Source: Thermodesulfobacteriota bacterium
Lineage (GTDB): Bacteria; Desulfobacterota_D; UBA1144; Nemesobacterales; UBA2774
NCBI GenBank assembly: GCA_965216785.1
Contig: OZ244197.1
Coordinates: 1,216,001-1,280,000 of the forward strand
DNA length: 64,000 bases
Direction of reading: 5' to 3'
Position 1 is the first letter of the stretch. Every line of letters starts with the position of its first letter. The position numbers and the translations under genes were made by a program. Shown one piece after another: positions 40,988 to 50,811 of the stretch. The notes beneath the pieces were generated by a model. It did not search any database and was not told where the DNA came from. It saw only the letters and a list, made by a program, of their open reading frames with translations.

Positions 40988-41698
40988 ATGCAAAAGGTGA
41001 AGTTATTTAGTACTGTAATGCTCGTTGTTTTGGCGTCGGTGTTGGTTTTTGGTTGCGGATCTAATGTAGATAAAGAGATGGCAGATGCGGAAGCAGCTTT
41101 ACAAGCGGCTAGAGACGCCGGTGCTGAGGGGCTCCCGGAATATCAAGCGGCAGAGGAGCTTATAGCCAAGGCAAGAGAGATGATGGCTGCAGGAGATACT
41201 GCAGGCGCACGCGCACTACTCGAAGAAGCCCGCTTCAAAGCTATAGAAGCTGAAGGAAAGGCGAAGCAGCAAGCCTATGTGGAATCAGTGGACATCGATA
41301 CTGTAGAAGAGTCACTTTCATCGCTTAGTCCTTCAGGATCGTCCTACGGGCTGGTTGATGTTTTCTTTGCGTACGACCAGTCGAGTATCACCTCGGAATC
41401 AAGAAGCACTCTAAACGATAATGCTCGTATAATTAGAGGCAGTTCAGGTAAATTTCAGGTTGTTGTGATTGAAGGTTACTGTGATATTAGAGGCACTGAA
41501 GAGTATAACTTGGCACTCGGTCAGAGAAGAGCGGAATCTACTAGGAACTATTTAATAGGTCTTGGAGTATCTCCTTCTATTGTACAGGCTGTAAGTAAGG
41601 GAGAGACGGAGCAGTTTGCCTTTGGCACTTCGGAATATGATTATCAGCAGAACAGGAGAGCACATTTTGTGCCGGCCGTATCTTCTCCGAGCTTTTAG
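40988..41698 (+). CDS. Pal-like OmpA-family lipoprotein with helical (DUF4398-like) N-domain
   Basis: VFGC lipobox; EGYCDIRGTEEYNLALGQRRA; NRRAHF. Confidence 0.88.
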   Translation: MQKVKLFSTVMLVVLASVLVFGCGSNVDKEMADAEAALQAARDAGAEGLPEYQAAEELIAKAREMMAAGDTAGARALLEEARFKAIEAEGKAKQQAYVESVDIDTVEESLSSLSPSGSSYGLVDVFFAYDQSSITSESRSTLNDNARIIRGSSGKFQVVVIEGYCDIRGTEEYNLALGQRRAESTRNYLIGLGVSPSIVQAVSKGETEQFAFGTSEYDYQQNRRAHFVPAVSSPSF

Positions 41699-41701
41699 GT
41701 A

Positions 41702-42427
41702 TTGTCTATGAGACTTAATTCAATTATCATGTTGTTATCTGTAGCTTGCATTTTGAGTGCGGGTTGTGTAGCTTCGCAGGGAGATATGAACAGCGTGTAT
41801 GCCAGGCAGACTCGCTTAGAAGCGAAGATGGACAGTCTGACAAAACAGGTTCAGTCCATGAAAGGCTCAGAGGGAAGTAGCGCTACAGATCCGGCTCTCA
41901 AAGAAGAGGTATATAGGCTGCAGCAGGAAGTAAATGATCTAAAAAGATCTTATTCTGACTTGAATGCAAAGGTAAATAAATCTGACTTAGATCTTCCCGT
42001 GTCTTCAGAGGGCGGCTCGACTGAAATTGAAACCGCGTCTGTGAACACGGAGGAAGTTATATACAATCAAGGTTACACAGAGCTCAGCGAAGGCAATTAT
42101 GAGGAATCGAGGAAAAAGTTTAAAATGTTTTTATCAGAGTATCCAAAATCCTCAAAAGCAGGGGATGCTACATACTGGATAGCGGAGTCCTATTACAGAG
42201 AGGGTGAGTTTGAAGAAGCGATCCTAGATTATCAAAGGTTTATAGATACTTACCCAAGTGATGACAGGGTCCCGCTCTCATATTTAAAACAGGGATTGTC
42301 GCTAATGGAAATAGGTAAAAATGAAGAAGCGCAATTATTTTTTGAGACACTCATTGACAAATACCCTCAATCAGATGAAGCTAATACAGCAAAGGAAAAA
42401 ATAAGAGAACTTGCAGTTAACGGTTAA
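41702..42427 (+). CDS. cpoB: Tol-Pal protein CpoB/YbgF
   Basis: SAGC lipobox, coiled coil, TPRs (ATYWIAESYY, YLKQGLS). Confidence 0.85.
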   Translation: MSMRLNSIIMLLSVACILSAGCVASQGDMNSVYARQTRLEAKMDSLTKQVQSMKGSEGSSATDPALKEEVYRLQQEVNDLKRSYSDLNAKVNKSDLDLPVSSEGGSTEIETASVNTEEVIYNQGYTELSEGNYEESRKKFKMFLSEYPKSSKAGDATYWIAESYYREGEFEEAILDYQRFIDTYPSDDRVPLSYLKQGLSLMEIGKNEEAQLFFETLIDKYPQSDEANTAKEKIRELAVNG

Positions 42428-42487
42428 ACGGTTTATTATTATGTACTCAATAGGTACTCAAAAAACTCTTAAAGGAGGTGCAGTAGA

Positions 42488-43255
42488 ATGAAAAGGGATA
42501 AAATGATGTTGTTAGGTATGCCCTTATTAGTTGTTGCATTGCTATATTTAGCCAGCTGTGCGACACCCCCGCCAACAAAAGAGCTAGCAGCTGCAGAATC
42601 GGCAACAGCCGACGCACAAGCAACGTGTGAGCAGTGTAAGCAAAGAGTTTGCGGTGATGATCCTACAAGAGGAGACTATTGTGGAGCCCCATGTGGTGAA
42701 GCTGAGCTTGCGGCAGCGCAAGCAGCCCTAGCAAAGGGTAAAGCTCTTGCTGGTGAATTCTGCAGTGAGCTAGAAGCACGCAGAATGTTAATAGATGCAA
42801 AAGCTAAAGCAGACGAGGCTAAGCTGAAATGTTCAGCACCGCCTCCCCCACCGCCTCCACCGCCGCCTCCACCCGCACCGGATCTAAAAGATATATTCTT
42901 TGATTTTGACAAGTTCAATATCAGACCGGATGCAGCAGCTGTTCTCGAAGAGAACGCTGGAACATTGCAGGCAGATCCTAATCTTACTGTGCTTATCGAA
43001 GGTTATGCAGATATCAGAGGTACACCTGCATACAACCTGAGACTTGCTCAGAAGAGGGCTGATTCCACAAAGGCTTTCTTAGTCCAGATGGGAATCGATC
43101 CTTCAAGGATTTCAACTGCAAGTGGTGGTGAGACAACTCAGTTCGGCGCTGGGACGACTGAAGAAGCCTATCAGCTTAACAGAAGGGCACACTTCATAGT
43201 AACCTCACCTACCGCTAAAGTAGGCGCAAGGCTTATATTTCAGTACGCTAACTAA
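42488..43255 (+). CDS. Second Pal-like OmpA-family lipoprotein (Cys-rich helical N-domain, poly-Pro linker)
   Basis: LASC lipobox; IFFDFDK; EGYADIRGTPAYNLRLAQKRA. Confidence 0.88.
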   Translation: MKRDKMMLLGMPLLVVALLYLASCATPPPTKELAAAESATADAQATCEQCKQRVCGDDPTRGDYCGAPCGEAELAAAQAALAKGKALAGEFCSELEARRMLIDAKAKADEAKLKCSAPPPPPPPPPPPPAPDLKDIFFDFDKFNIRPDAAAVLEENAGTLQADPNLTVLIEGYADIRGTPAYNLRLAQKRADSTKAFLVQMGIDPSRISTASGGETTQFGAGTTEEAYQLNRRAHFIVTSPTAKVGARLIFQYAN

Positions 43256-43337
43256 ATAGACTTCTTGCCCTATTTGCGTTGGTAGTATAGAAAAGAGAGA
43301 TATCTCATCTATTACGTTTCAGATGAGAATACAAATT

Positions 43338-43377
43338 ATGGAGAGAGACTCCTAGTGGGTCTCTCTCCATTTTTTTT
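43338..43377 (+). terminator. Rho-independent terminator
   Basis: ATGGAGAGAGAC/GTCTCTCTCCAT stem plus T tract. Confidence 0.85.
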
Positions 43378-43490
43378 ATATTTTAATCCCTGACTTCTTA
43401 TAATCTTTCCAGTCCCTACTTGACAGCCATGGGTGATCCATGTTTACTACATCTCGTTTTCCTAATTCCTGCAGTGTAATTTATTAAAAA

Positions 43491-44798
43491 TTGAGCAATA
43501 AATCTCAGATGGAATTCAAGCTAACAAAATCGAAGAGGTTGTATAAAGCCGCGGAAAAATTAATGCCGGGCGGTGTGAACAGCCCCGTACGCTCTTTCAA
43601 TGCGGTATCCGGAACCCCGGTATTTATTTCCCGAGCCAAGGGCGCCTATCTGTATGATGAGGACGGCAATAAGTACATAGATTATATGTCTTCATGGGGG
43701 CCGCTCATTCATGGCCATGCAGACCCGGATGTCGTAAGAGCGGTTAAGAGCGCGGCCTCTAGAGGAACTAGCTACGGAGCCCCTTGTACAAATGAGATTT
43801 CCCTTGCAAAGCTTATAACCTCTAGTTTTAAGTCCATAGATAAGATCAGAATGACTAGCTCAGGTACTGAGGCCACAATGAGCGCTGTTCGTTTAGCCCG
43901 GGCTTATACAGATAGAGACTATATAGTAAAATTTGAAGGTTGTTATCACGGCCATGCGGATTTCCTCCTGGTTAAAGCGGGGTCCGGAGCGACTACGTTT
44001 GGCGCGCCCAGCAGCCCGGGAGTGCCCAAGTCCTTTACAGACAAAACTCTTTTAGCCAAATACAACGATTTAAGCTCTGTAGAGAAACTTTACCAAAAAT
44101 ACGGGGACAGGATAGCAGGGGTAATTTTAGAGCCCGTCGCGGGCAACATGGGCGTTGTAACGCCGGCGCCGGGTTTTTTGAAAGGGCTAAGGAAAATTAC
44201 AAAGAAGAGCGGATCGCTTCTTATTTTCGATGAGGTGATTACAGGGTTTAGATTAAGCCCCGGAGGCGCTCAGAGTAAATACGGTGTTACACCCGATCTG
44301 ACGTGTCTGGGTAAAATTATCGGCGGAGGGCTTCCGGTCGGTGCGTTTGGCGGGAACAAAAAAATAATGGATATGGTTGCCCCCGAAGGGCCGGTATATC
44401 AGGCCGGCACTCTTTCCGGTAACCCTCTTGCAATGGCCGCGGGACTGGCATCGCTTACAAAATTAAAACAAAGAGGTAACTACGCTAGACTTAGGGAGCT
44501 TACCGAAACACTACTCTATGGTCTTACGGATGTGATAAAAAGGACAGGCGTAAACGTCTCCGTAAATTCCGTAGAATCTATGTTTACGCTCTTTTTTAAT
44601 GACGCTCCGCCCACCGATTATGAATCAGCTCTTAGGAGTAATACAAAAAAGTACTCGAAATTTTTTGATAATTTGCTCAAGGCTGGTATTATGTTTCCGC
44701 CTTCTCAGTTTGAGGCTGTTTTCTTATCACTCGCCCATACTGAAAAGGATATAAATAAAACGATTGAAGCAGTGTATAAATCACTTAAAACAATCTGA
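43491..44798 (+). CDS. hemL: Glutamate-1-semialdehyde 2,1-aminomutase
   Basis: PGGVNSPVR, SGTEATM, GCYHGHAD, GKIIGGG, QAGTLSGNP; start may be ATG 43509. Confidence 0.95.
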   Translation: MSNKSQMEFKLTKSKRLYKAAEKLMPGGVNSPVRSFNAVSGTPVFISRAKGAYLYDEDGNKYIDYMSSWGPLIHGHADPDVVRAVKSAASRGTSYGAPCTNEISLAKLITSSFKSIDKIRMTSSGTEATMSAVRLARAYTDRDYIVKFEGCYHGHADFLLVKAGSGATTFGAPSSPGVPKSFTDKTLLAKYNDLSSVEKLYQKYGDRIAGVILEPVAGNMGVVTPAPGFLKGLRKITKKSGSLLIFDEVITGFRLSPGGAQSKYGVTPDLTCLGKIIGGGLPVGAFGGNKKIMDMVAPEGPVYQAGTLSGNPLAMAAGLASLTKLKQRGNYARLRELTETLLYGLTDVIKRTGVNVSVNSVESMFTLFFNDAPPTDYESALRSNTKKYSKFFDNLLKAGIMFPPSQFEAVFLSLAHTEKDINKTIEAVYKSLKTI

Positions 44799-44812
44799 TT
44801 GAGGTACTCAAT

Positions 44813-45028
44813 TTTAAGAAGCAGCAGAATAAGAATAGATATAAATGGCTCGTATTCATAGCAGTAGGTTTTGAGCTAGGGTTTACGGTAGTAGCCGGTA
44901 TAGTACTCGGGCATTATGTTGATAAGTGGGTTGGGACCGAGACTCCATGGTTTACGATCTTAGGGCTGTTAGTGGGTGCGATTGCTGGATTTAGCTTGCT
45001 ATTAAGGATGATTAAAAAGATTAAATGA
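44813..45028 (+). CDS. AtpZ/ATPase_gene1-type membrane protein (absent from the ORF track; no canonical start codon)
   Basis: Frame reads KWLVFIAVGFELGFTVVAGIVLGHYVDKWVGTETPWFTILGLLVGAIAGFSLLLRMIKKIK*; TGA overlaps the atpI ATG. Confidence 0.75.
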   Translation, partial: FKKQQNKNRYKWLVFIAVGFELGFTVVAGIVLGHYVDKWVGTETPWFTILGLLVGAIAGFSLLLRMIKKIK

Positions 45029-45411
45029 CGGAAAGTAAAGAGAGTCTGATTACATTACCTCAGATAGGAAGAGTTGAAAAAGCGGGTTTAGTAGTAACCA
45101 TCTTACTTACGGCCGTAAGCTATGTGCTGGGATCAACCGAGCTTGCGTTCGGAGTGCTTGCTGGCGGCGTTCTCTTTACGGCGAATTTCATGGCTATACG
45201 GTTTTTGGTTAACTCCCTTGTTACAAACGCATATCCCACGGGATTCGGCATTTTTATATTCATAATAAAGATGCTCATATTCGTAGGAATAGTGGTAACA
45301 ATATTTTTGTTTGCGGATGTAAATATTTACGGATTTTTTATCGGTGTTACAGGTGTTGTTCTTGTTATCATTGCTGAGAGTTTAAGAGGAGGTAAGGATG
45401 GGTCACTTTAG
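45025..45411 (+). CDS. atpI: ATP synthase protein I
   Basis: Four-TM protein directly upstream of atpB. Confidence 0.75.
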   Translation: MTESKESLITLPQIGRVEKAGLVVTILLTAVSYVLGSTELAFGVLAGGVLFTANFMAIRFLVNSLVTNAYPTGFGIFIFIIKMLIFVGIVVTIFLFADVNIYGFFIGVTGVVLVIIAESLRGGKDGSL

Positions 45412-46096
45412 CTGGTTTAATTTAGTGGGGCTAGAAAAATACGATTACATTCTGGGTTCGATCATTGTTATCATACTGCTTGCTTTAGCGGGTCTTAAGA
45501 TTAAGAGCGCTCTTTCAAAGGATGATTCGGTTCTACCAGATGAAAAGTTTTCCATAAAAACTATATTTGAAATACTCACTTTAGATTTTCTCTTCGATCT
45601 CTTAACGAACGTGCTGGGCTCAAGAGAAAACGCTAAAAAGTACTTCCCGCTCCTGGCAGGTTCTTTCTTCTTTATAATGTTCGCCAATTTGCTCGGAATA
45701 GTGCCCGGATTTTTGCCGCCGACCGGCAATTTCAATACTCCAGTCGCGTGCGCACTTGTTATATTTGTCATGTACAACTACTATGGGTTTAAGGAAAACG
45801 GCATGAGTTATCTAAAGCACTTTGCGGGTCCTGTGCTTTTTCTTGCCCCCCTCATGTTCATAATCGAGCTTGTGAGTCATTTTGTGAGGCCTGTATCGCT
45901 TTCCCTAAGGCTCTTTATGAATATCTCGGGAGACCACTTGGTGCTTGGAGTGTTCACAAACCTGGTGCATTATGTCATACCGGCAATATTTGTCGGACTT
46001 GGTATTTTCGTTTCACTTCTTCAGGCTTTCATCTTTACCATTCTCTCGACTATCTACATTACTCTTGCTACGGCACACGATACAGAGATTGAATAA
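45398..46096 (+). CDS. atpB: ATP synthase F0 subunit a
   Basis: NLLGIVPG, RPVSLSLRLFMNI, LQAFIFTIL. Confidence 0.95.
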   Translation: MGHFSWFNLVGLEKYDYILGSIIVIILLALAGLKIKSALSKDDSVLPDEKFSIKTIFEILTLDFLFDLLTNVLGSRENAKKYFPLLAGSFFFIMFANLLGIVPGFLPPTGNFNTPVACALVIFVMYNYYGFKENGMSYLKHFAGPVLFLAPLMFIIELVSHFVRPVSLSLRLFMNISGDHLVLGVFTNLVHYVIPAIFVGLGIFVSLLQAFIFTILSTIYITLATAHDTEIE

Positions 46097-46155
46097 CAGA
46101 AAAATGAAAAGTTTAAAAAAACGACAACGAACTCAATTTATAAGGAGGCACACAG

Positions 46156-46482
46156 ATGTATAAGGCTATTTCGTTACTTTCGATATTTGGAGTGGCTGTA
46201 CTTACCGCTTTTGTCCCGAATGTTGCTATGGCTGCTGAAGGAGGCGGGGGTGATCTTACGAAGCTCGGTCTTGCGTTAGGCGCAGGCATAGGGATCGGTA
46301 TTGCGGCAGGTATCGCAGGTTACGGTCAGGGTATCGCGACCGCAGCTGCATTGACCGGTATTGCAAGGAACCCAAGTGCAAGCTCAAAAATTCTTACTCC
46401 GATGATTATCGGACTTGCTCTTATCGAATCTCTCGTAATATACGCTCTTTTGATAGCATTTTTGCTACAGGGAAAAATTTAA
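46156..46482 (+). CDS. atpE: ATP synthase F0 subunit c
   Basis: GxGxG stretch, IARNP, LALIESLVIY. Confidence 0.95.
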   Translation: MYKAISLLSIFGVAVLTAFVPNVAMAAEGGGGDLTKLGLALGAGIGIGIAAGIAGYGQGIATAAALTGIARNPSASSKILTPMIIGLALIESLVIYALLIAFLLQGKI

Positions 46483-46493
46483 CCTTAAAGTCC

Positions 46494-46530
46494 GTGAGGG
46501 AGCTTTACTAAAGCTCCCTCACTTAGCTTT
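46494..46530 (+). terminator. Terminator hairpin after atpE
   Basis: GTGAGGGAGCTT/AAGCTCCCTCAC perfect stem. Confidence 0.8.
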
Positions 46531-46589
46531 GGGCTAATTCTAATTACGTAGACTTTTGATAAAAAATAGAATATGATATTTCTTCAGTT

Positions 46590-47057
46590 ATGAGGAAACC
46601 CTTCTTCTTTTATGTCCTTACGCTTATGCTCGTACTTGGCTGTGGAACAGCTAAGGATCTTATGCAACAGGACGATAGGGAGTCATTTCAGTATTCATCC
46701 GACCGGTATTACAAACTTATCCAGTGGAAGTACTATGAGAAGGCTGCGCAGTTTGTGGACCCGGAGAGCGCCAGGGAATATGAGAGCTTCGTATTCAGGA
46801 ACCAGAAAGACCTGAATATTACAGCTTATCAAATTAAGGACGTTACATTCATAGATCCCGGAGTTTTAGATGAGAGTGAGGGCGCGTCTAAAAGTAATAA
46901 TGACGGTAATACTGACAGGGCTACGATTAGAGTTTATTTTACATACTTTAAATACCCTTCAGTAGTTGAAGAAAGCGTGATGGTGGAAGATACCTGGATT
47001 AAGATCGGGAAGCTTTGGTATGTTTCATCAGACTATCCTGAAGGAACTTTTAAGTAA
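46590..47057 (+). CDS. Hypothetical lipoprotein
   Basis: VLGC lipobox. Confidence 0.7.
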   Translation: MRKPFFFYVLTLMLVLGCGTAKDLMQQDDRESFQYSSDRYYKLIQWKYYEKAAQFVDPESAREYESFVFRNQKDLNITAYQIKDVTFIDPGVLDESEGASKSNNDGNTDRATIRVYFTYFKYPSVVEESVMVEDTWIKIGKLWYVSSDYPEGTFK

Positions 47058-47098
47058 GTCCCTATTCTTCTTAAGAATAAAGACATTGCTAGCGGCCC

Positions 47099-48454
47099 CT
47101 AGAGAGGGTATTTACTGCTGACGAGCTCAAGGGCCTCTTCATGGCTTGCGATTTCTCCTTCGAGCTGGGCTTCCTCTACAGCGTTGAGTATCTCGCTAAA
47201 TAGCGGTCCCGGTTTATAACCCATATCTATTAGCTCCTGACCCCCGATAAGAGGCTTTGGCTTAATCTCCTCTTCTCCAAGCTCTTCTAGCTTCTCCACA
47301 ACAAAGTCATAGGCATCTCTCATGCCGTGGCTTGCCTGGCAGTCCGCAAGGTGAAGCGCAAGATGAAGGTCAAAATCTTCCATTCCGATAAAACGCTTTA
47401 ACGTGCTCTTTCGCATTTTGAACACGTCTTTAAATTTTAAGTGCTCTCTTATAAGCTCATAAATCGTGTCTGACTGCTTGTTCGACAGCTTTAATTTTCT
47501 ACAGATAGATCTGGACATTTCAGCTCCCACCCTGTCGTGGGCGTTAAACCGTATCCTGTCGGATACGCTGTAAGTTGGGGGCTTGCCGACGTCGTGAAGA
47601 AGAGCCCCTAGCGCAAGCTCGGGCGGTACCTCTCCTTGTGCGTTCTCGTATAGTTTGTCGAGTACAAGGCAGGTATGGACAAATACGTCCCCTTCGGGGT
47701 GAAACTCTGGTGGCTGCTCAACCCCGCGCATTTTTTCTATTTCGGGCAGTATCATGTTTAACAGCCCGGTTTCGCTAAGAAGCATGAGTCCTGTGCCTGG
47801 ATTTTCCTGGCTTATTATCTTAATAAGCTCATCACGCACTCTCTCTGATGAGACTTGGTAAATCTCTGGTGCAAGCTCGAGTATTGCCTCGTAAGTTTTT
47901 TTCTCTATCTCGAAGCCGTACCTGGAGCAAAACCTGACGGCGCGCATCATTCTGAGCTTATCTTCTGTAAACCTCTTAACGGGCTCCCCGATGGCCTTTA
48001 TGATGCCTGCGTCTATGTCGTCCAGCCCGCCGGTGTAGTCGATTACCTCTTCTTTAATCGGATCATACAGCATTCCGTTAATGGTGAAGTCCCTTCGTAG
48101 TACGTCTTCTTCTACGTCCCCGCTGTACGTTACGCTGTCCGGGTGTCTTCCGTCCGAATAGCTTTCGTCTTTTCTAAAAGTGGCGACCTCGAAAGTGAAC
48201 TCGTCTTTCAATACGAGCATGACCCCGAAGCTTGCTCCAATAGGGACAGTGTGGGAAAAAATCTCGGTAACCTGCTCCGGGGTTGCGCTGGTAGTAATAT
48301 CATACTCCCAGGGAGACTTCCCCATGACCATATCCCTCGCGCAGCCCCCGACGCAATACGCGCTGTAACCCTTATTATTAAGAGTTGTAACAACCTGTTT
48401 TGCGACCCGGTAAAGCTCACTCTCCCGAGGCTCTAATTTTATTACTCTCTTCAT
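47099..48454 (-). CDS. cca: tRNA nucleotidyltransferase (CCA-adding family, HD domain)
   Basis: VGGCARD, EVATFR, RRDFTIN, EDKLRMMRAVRF, LLHDVGKP. Confidence 0.9.
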   Translation of the reverse strand: MKRVIKLEPRESELYRVAKQVVTTLNNKGYSAYCVGGCARDMVMGKSPWEYDITTSATPEQVTEIFSHTVPIGASFGVMLVLKDEFTFEVATFRKDESYSDGRHPDSVTYSGDVEEDVLRRDFTINGMLYDPIKEEVIDYTGGLDDIDAGIIKAIGEPVKRFTEDKLRMMRAVRFCSRYGFEIEKKTYEAILELAPEIYQVSSERVRDELIKIISQENPGTGLMLLSETGLLNMILPEIEKMRGVEQPPEFHPEGDVFVHTCLVLDKLYENAQGEVPPELALGALLHDVGKPPTYSVSDRIRFNAHDRVGAEMSRSICRKLKLSNKQSDTIYELIREHLKFKDVFKMRKSTLKRFIGMEDFDLHLALHLADCQASHGMRDAYDFVVEKLEELGEEEIKPKPLIGGQELIDMGYKPGPLFSEILNAVEEAQLEGEIASHEEALELVSSKYPL

Positions 48455-48536
48455 AGTTCCCTATTTCGGATTTTATAGTATATTTTACACGCTGTCCGAG
48501 ACTCGGATAGCTAAATAACTCTAACAGGAAACTAAT

Positions 48537-49553
48537 GTGAGCGAAAATACAATTCCCGGGCTTATGGAAAAACGGGTTAAAGACCATGGTACACGGCTCT
48601 TGTTTCAGCGAAGAGACGGCTGGAGCTGGAAGCAGATCACATGGCTCGATTTTGACAGGGAAGTTAAGAATATTGCGTCTTTTCTTATGGATTTAGGCTT
48701 TGGCGAAGGAGACAGAGCTCTATTGGTATCGGCCAATACTCTTGAGGCGATTTCAACAGAGATTGCGGTGTATCATCTCGGCGGCGCTGTTGTATCGCTT
48801 TCCCGAGACTCTGATGAGGACAAAATTAAAGAAACTGCAAGGGAGCTAGACGTTAAGTTCGTATTCATCGAGAACCCTGAGCTGCTCGATACTGCTACAG
48901 CAATACAGGACGATCTTCCGGGCGTACTAAGAACCGCATTCTTTAAGGACGTTAAAACAAAAAATGAAAAGGTGTTAAATTTCAGGAGTATTCTCAAATT
49001 CGGGCTAATGAAGAGAAAGAAACTTCAGGACGAGCTCAAAAAGGTGTCGGATGAACTTGAAGCCGATACGCCTGCCGCCATATTTTTAGCTCCCGGGAAA
49101 AGCGGGTTCAAAACAACTGAAATCACTCAAGGCGATATAATGAGCGCTCTCAAGCTCATATCGTCTAAGACTAACGGGATAGGGGACGAGGACCAGTCTT
49201 TTTCCTACATAGCCTCATCCAGTCCCTACTCAAAGATCATAAGCTATTTAAATTTTTACAATAACACCCGCGCCGCAACGGCTGAGAGCAGAGAAGAATT
49301 CTACAAGGATATTCCTGAGGTCATGCCAACTGTTTTATATGAAACACGGGAGGGCCTTTCAGCGTTATACGACCAATCACAAACGAGCCTGAGCGGTCTT
49401 ACGCCTGAAAAGAAGCTTAAGAAAGACCTGGGGGGAAGGGTGAAATATATTTTCGTAGACGCGCTTCCTGAATCTCAAATCGAGAGCGTTTTCAGGAGTG
49501 TAGGGGCTACTTTTAGCCTCGTTCCCGAGCTCTGCGCTACGAATTCCGAATAG
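48537..49553 (+). CDS. Truncated/degenerate AMP-binding (long-chain acyl-CoA ligase-like) protein
   Basis: N-terminus like FadD/AAS (WKQITW, GDRALLVSAN, LGGRVKY) but no TSGTTGxPKG loop and no C-terminal domain. Confidence 0.7.
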   Translation: MSENTIPGLMEKRVKDHGTRLLFQRRDGWSWKQITWLDFDREVKNIASFLMDLGFGEGDRALLVSANTLEAISTEIAVYHLGGAVVSLSRDSDEDKIKETARELDVKFVFIENPELLDTATAIQDDLPGVLRTAFFKDVKTKNEKVLNFRSILKFGLMKRKKLQDELKKVSDELEADTPAAIFLAPGKSGFKTTEITQGDIMSALKLISSKTNGIGDEDQSFSYIASSSPYSKIISYLNFYNNTRAATAESREEFYKDIPEVMPTVLYETREGLSALYDQSQTSLSGLTPEKKLKKDLGGRVKYIFVDALPESQIESVFRSVGATFSLVPELCATNSE

Positions 49554-49578
49554 GCCGCGTGCAGGGCCCGAAGTATCC

Positions 49579-50748
49579 CTATTCCTCGGTCTCATCGACA
49601 GAGCACTTGGCTTTGCCTTTGGCAAAATTTATAAGTACTTGGTCTCCGCTTTTTAGCTTGCCCGCGTCCGTAACGGTTTTCATGGAGGGGAGCTTGTATG
49701 TGATGCTGTAGCCGCGCTCCATGACCTTGAGCGGGCTCAGGGCGTCTAGCTTTCCCGTGAGGGCGCTGAATTCAAGCTTGGCGTTATCGAGTTTGTTTGT
49801 AAAAATGTAAGTAAACTCTGACTGCATTTGATCCACTTCTCTGGACACTGCCTCTATAGTGTTTTTAAGGGTGCGTCCGAGCCTGCCTTTTAAGTACAAA
49901 AGCTCCTGGGTGAGCTCTGTTTTTTCTCTTACCGCAAGCTCAGCGGCCATGGAGGGTGTAGCGGCGCGCAGGTCTGCTGCAAGGTCAGAGAGGGTGAAGT
50001 CTATCTCGTGCCCTACCGCGGAAATCAGCGGTACAGGCGATTTTACAATCTCTCTTACCACCGCTTCATCGTTGAATGAAAATAAATCCTCCGCAGAGCC
50101 GCCACCTCTGGCTAGTATGACAAGATCTATTCCCTTAATACGGTAAATCTTTTTAAGAGCGCTTACTATATCGGCAGGGGCCTCATCGCCCTGAACCCTG
50201 GCGGGAGATACTATGATTTCAAGGTTCGGGAACCTTCTGTCCAGAACTTTCAATATATCCTTCACGGCAGCCCCGGTAGGTGAGGTCACGATTCCTATCT
50301 TATGCGGCAAATACGGCAGGGGACGTTTTCTCTCTTCATCAAAAAGCCCTTCTTTAAAAAGCTTCTCACGAAGCTTCTCCAGGGCAAGCGCTTGGGCTCC
50401 TACGCCCTTTGGCTCCATGTGCTTGATATTGACCTGGTATACGCCTTGCTTCTCGTACACACCGATTTGCCCGGCGCATATGACCTCCATACCGTCCTCA
50501 GGCACAAATTTTATGCCCTGGTTGGCCCACTTGAAGCATACGGCTGAAATCTGAGCGTTCTCGTCTTTAAGTGAGAAATACCAATGGCCGCTTGCGTAAT
50601 TCCCTCTAAAATTGCTTACTTCTCCTGTGAGCCAGACGTACTCATACCCAAACTCCTCTTCGATTGCATCCTTTAGCTTTAGTGTGATCTGAGATACGGT
50701 ATAAATGCGCTCTTTTAAGAGATCACTGAATGAAGGCGTGTCTTCCAT
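49579..50748 (-). CDS. xseA: Exodeoxyribonuclease VII large subunit
   Basis: SGHWYFSLKD, ARGGGS, SAVGHEID, RAATPS. Confidence 0.95.
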   Translation of the reverse strand: MEDTPSFSDLLKERIYTVSQITLKLKDAIEEEFGYEYVWLTGEVSNFRGNYASGHWYFSLKDENAQISAVCFKWANQGIKFVPEDGMEVICAGQIGVYEKQGVYQVNIKHMEPKGVGAQALALEKLREKLFKEGLFDEERKRPLPYLPHKIGIVTSPTGAAVKDILKVLDRRFPNLEIIVSPARVQGDEAPADIVSALKKIYRIKGIDLVILARGGGSAEDLFSFNDEAVVREIVKSPVPLISAVGHEIDFTLSDLAADLRAATPSMAAELAVREKTELTQELLYLKGRLGRTLKNTIEAVSREVDQMQSEFTYIFTNKLDNAKLEFSALTGKLDALSPLKVMERGYSITYKLPSMKTVTDAGKLKSGDQVLINFAKGKAKCSVDETEE

Positions 50749-50811
50749 TACCGAAAGTATTTTTGATGGGGCTTAAATAGTCAAGACGCGATGAGTAGAT
50801 TCGAGTTGTGT

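Noticed and set aside
42836-42880. CCN-rich tract as a phase-variable microsatellite
   Set aside because: Mixed Pro codons encoding a linker, not a perfect repeat
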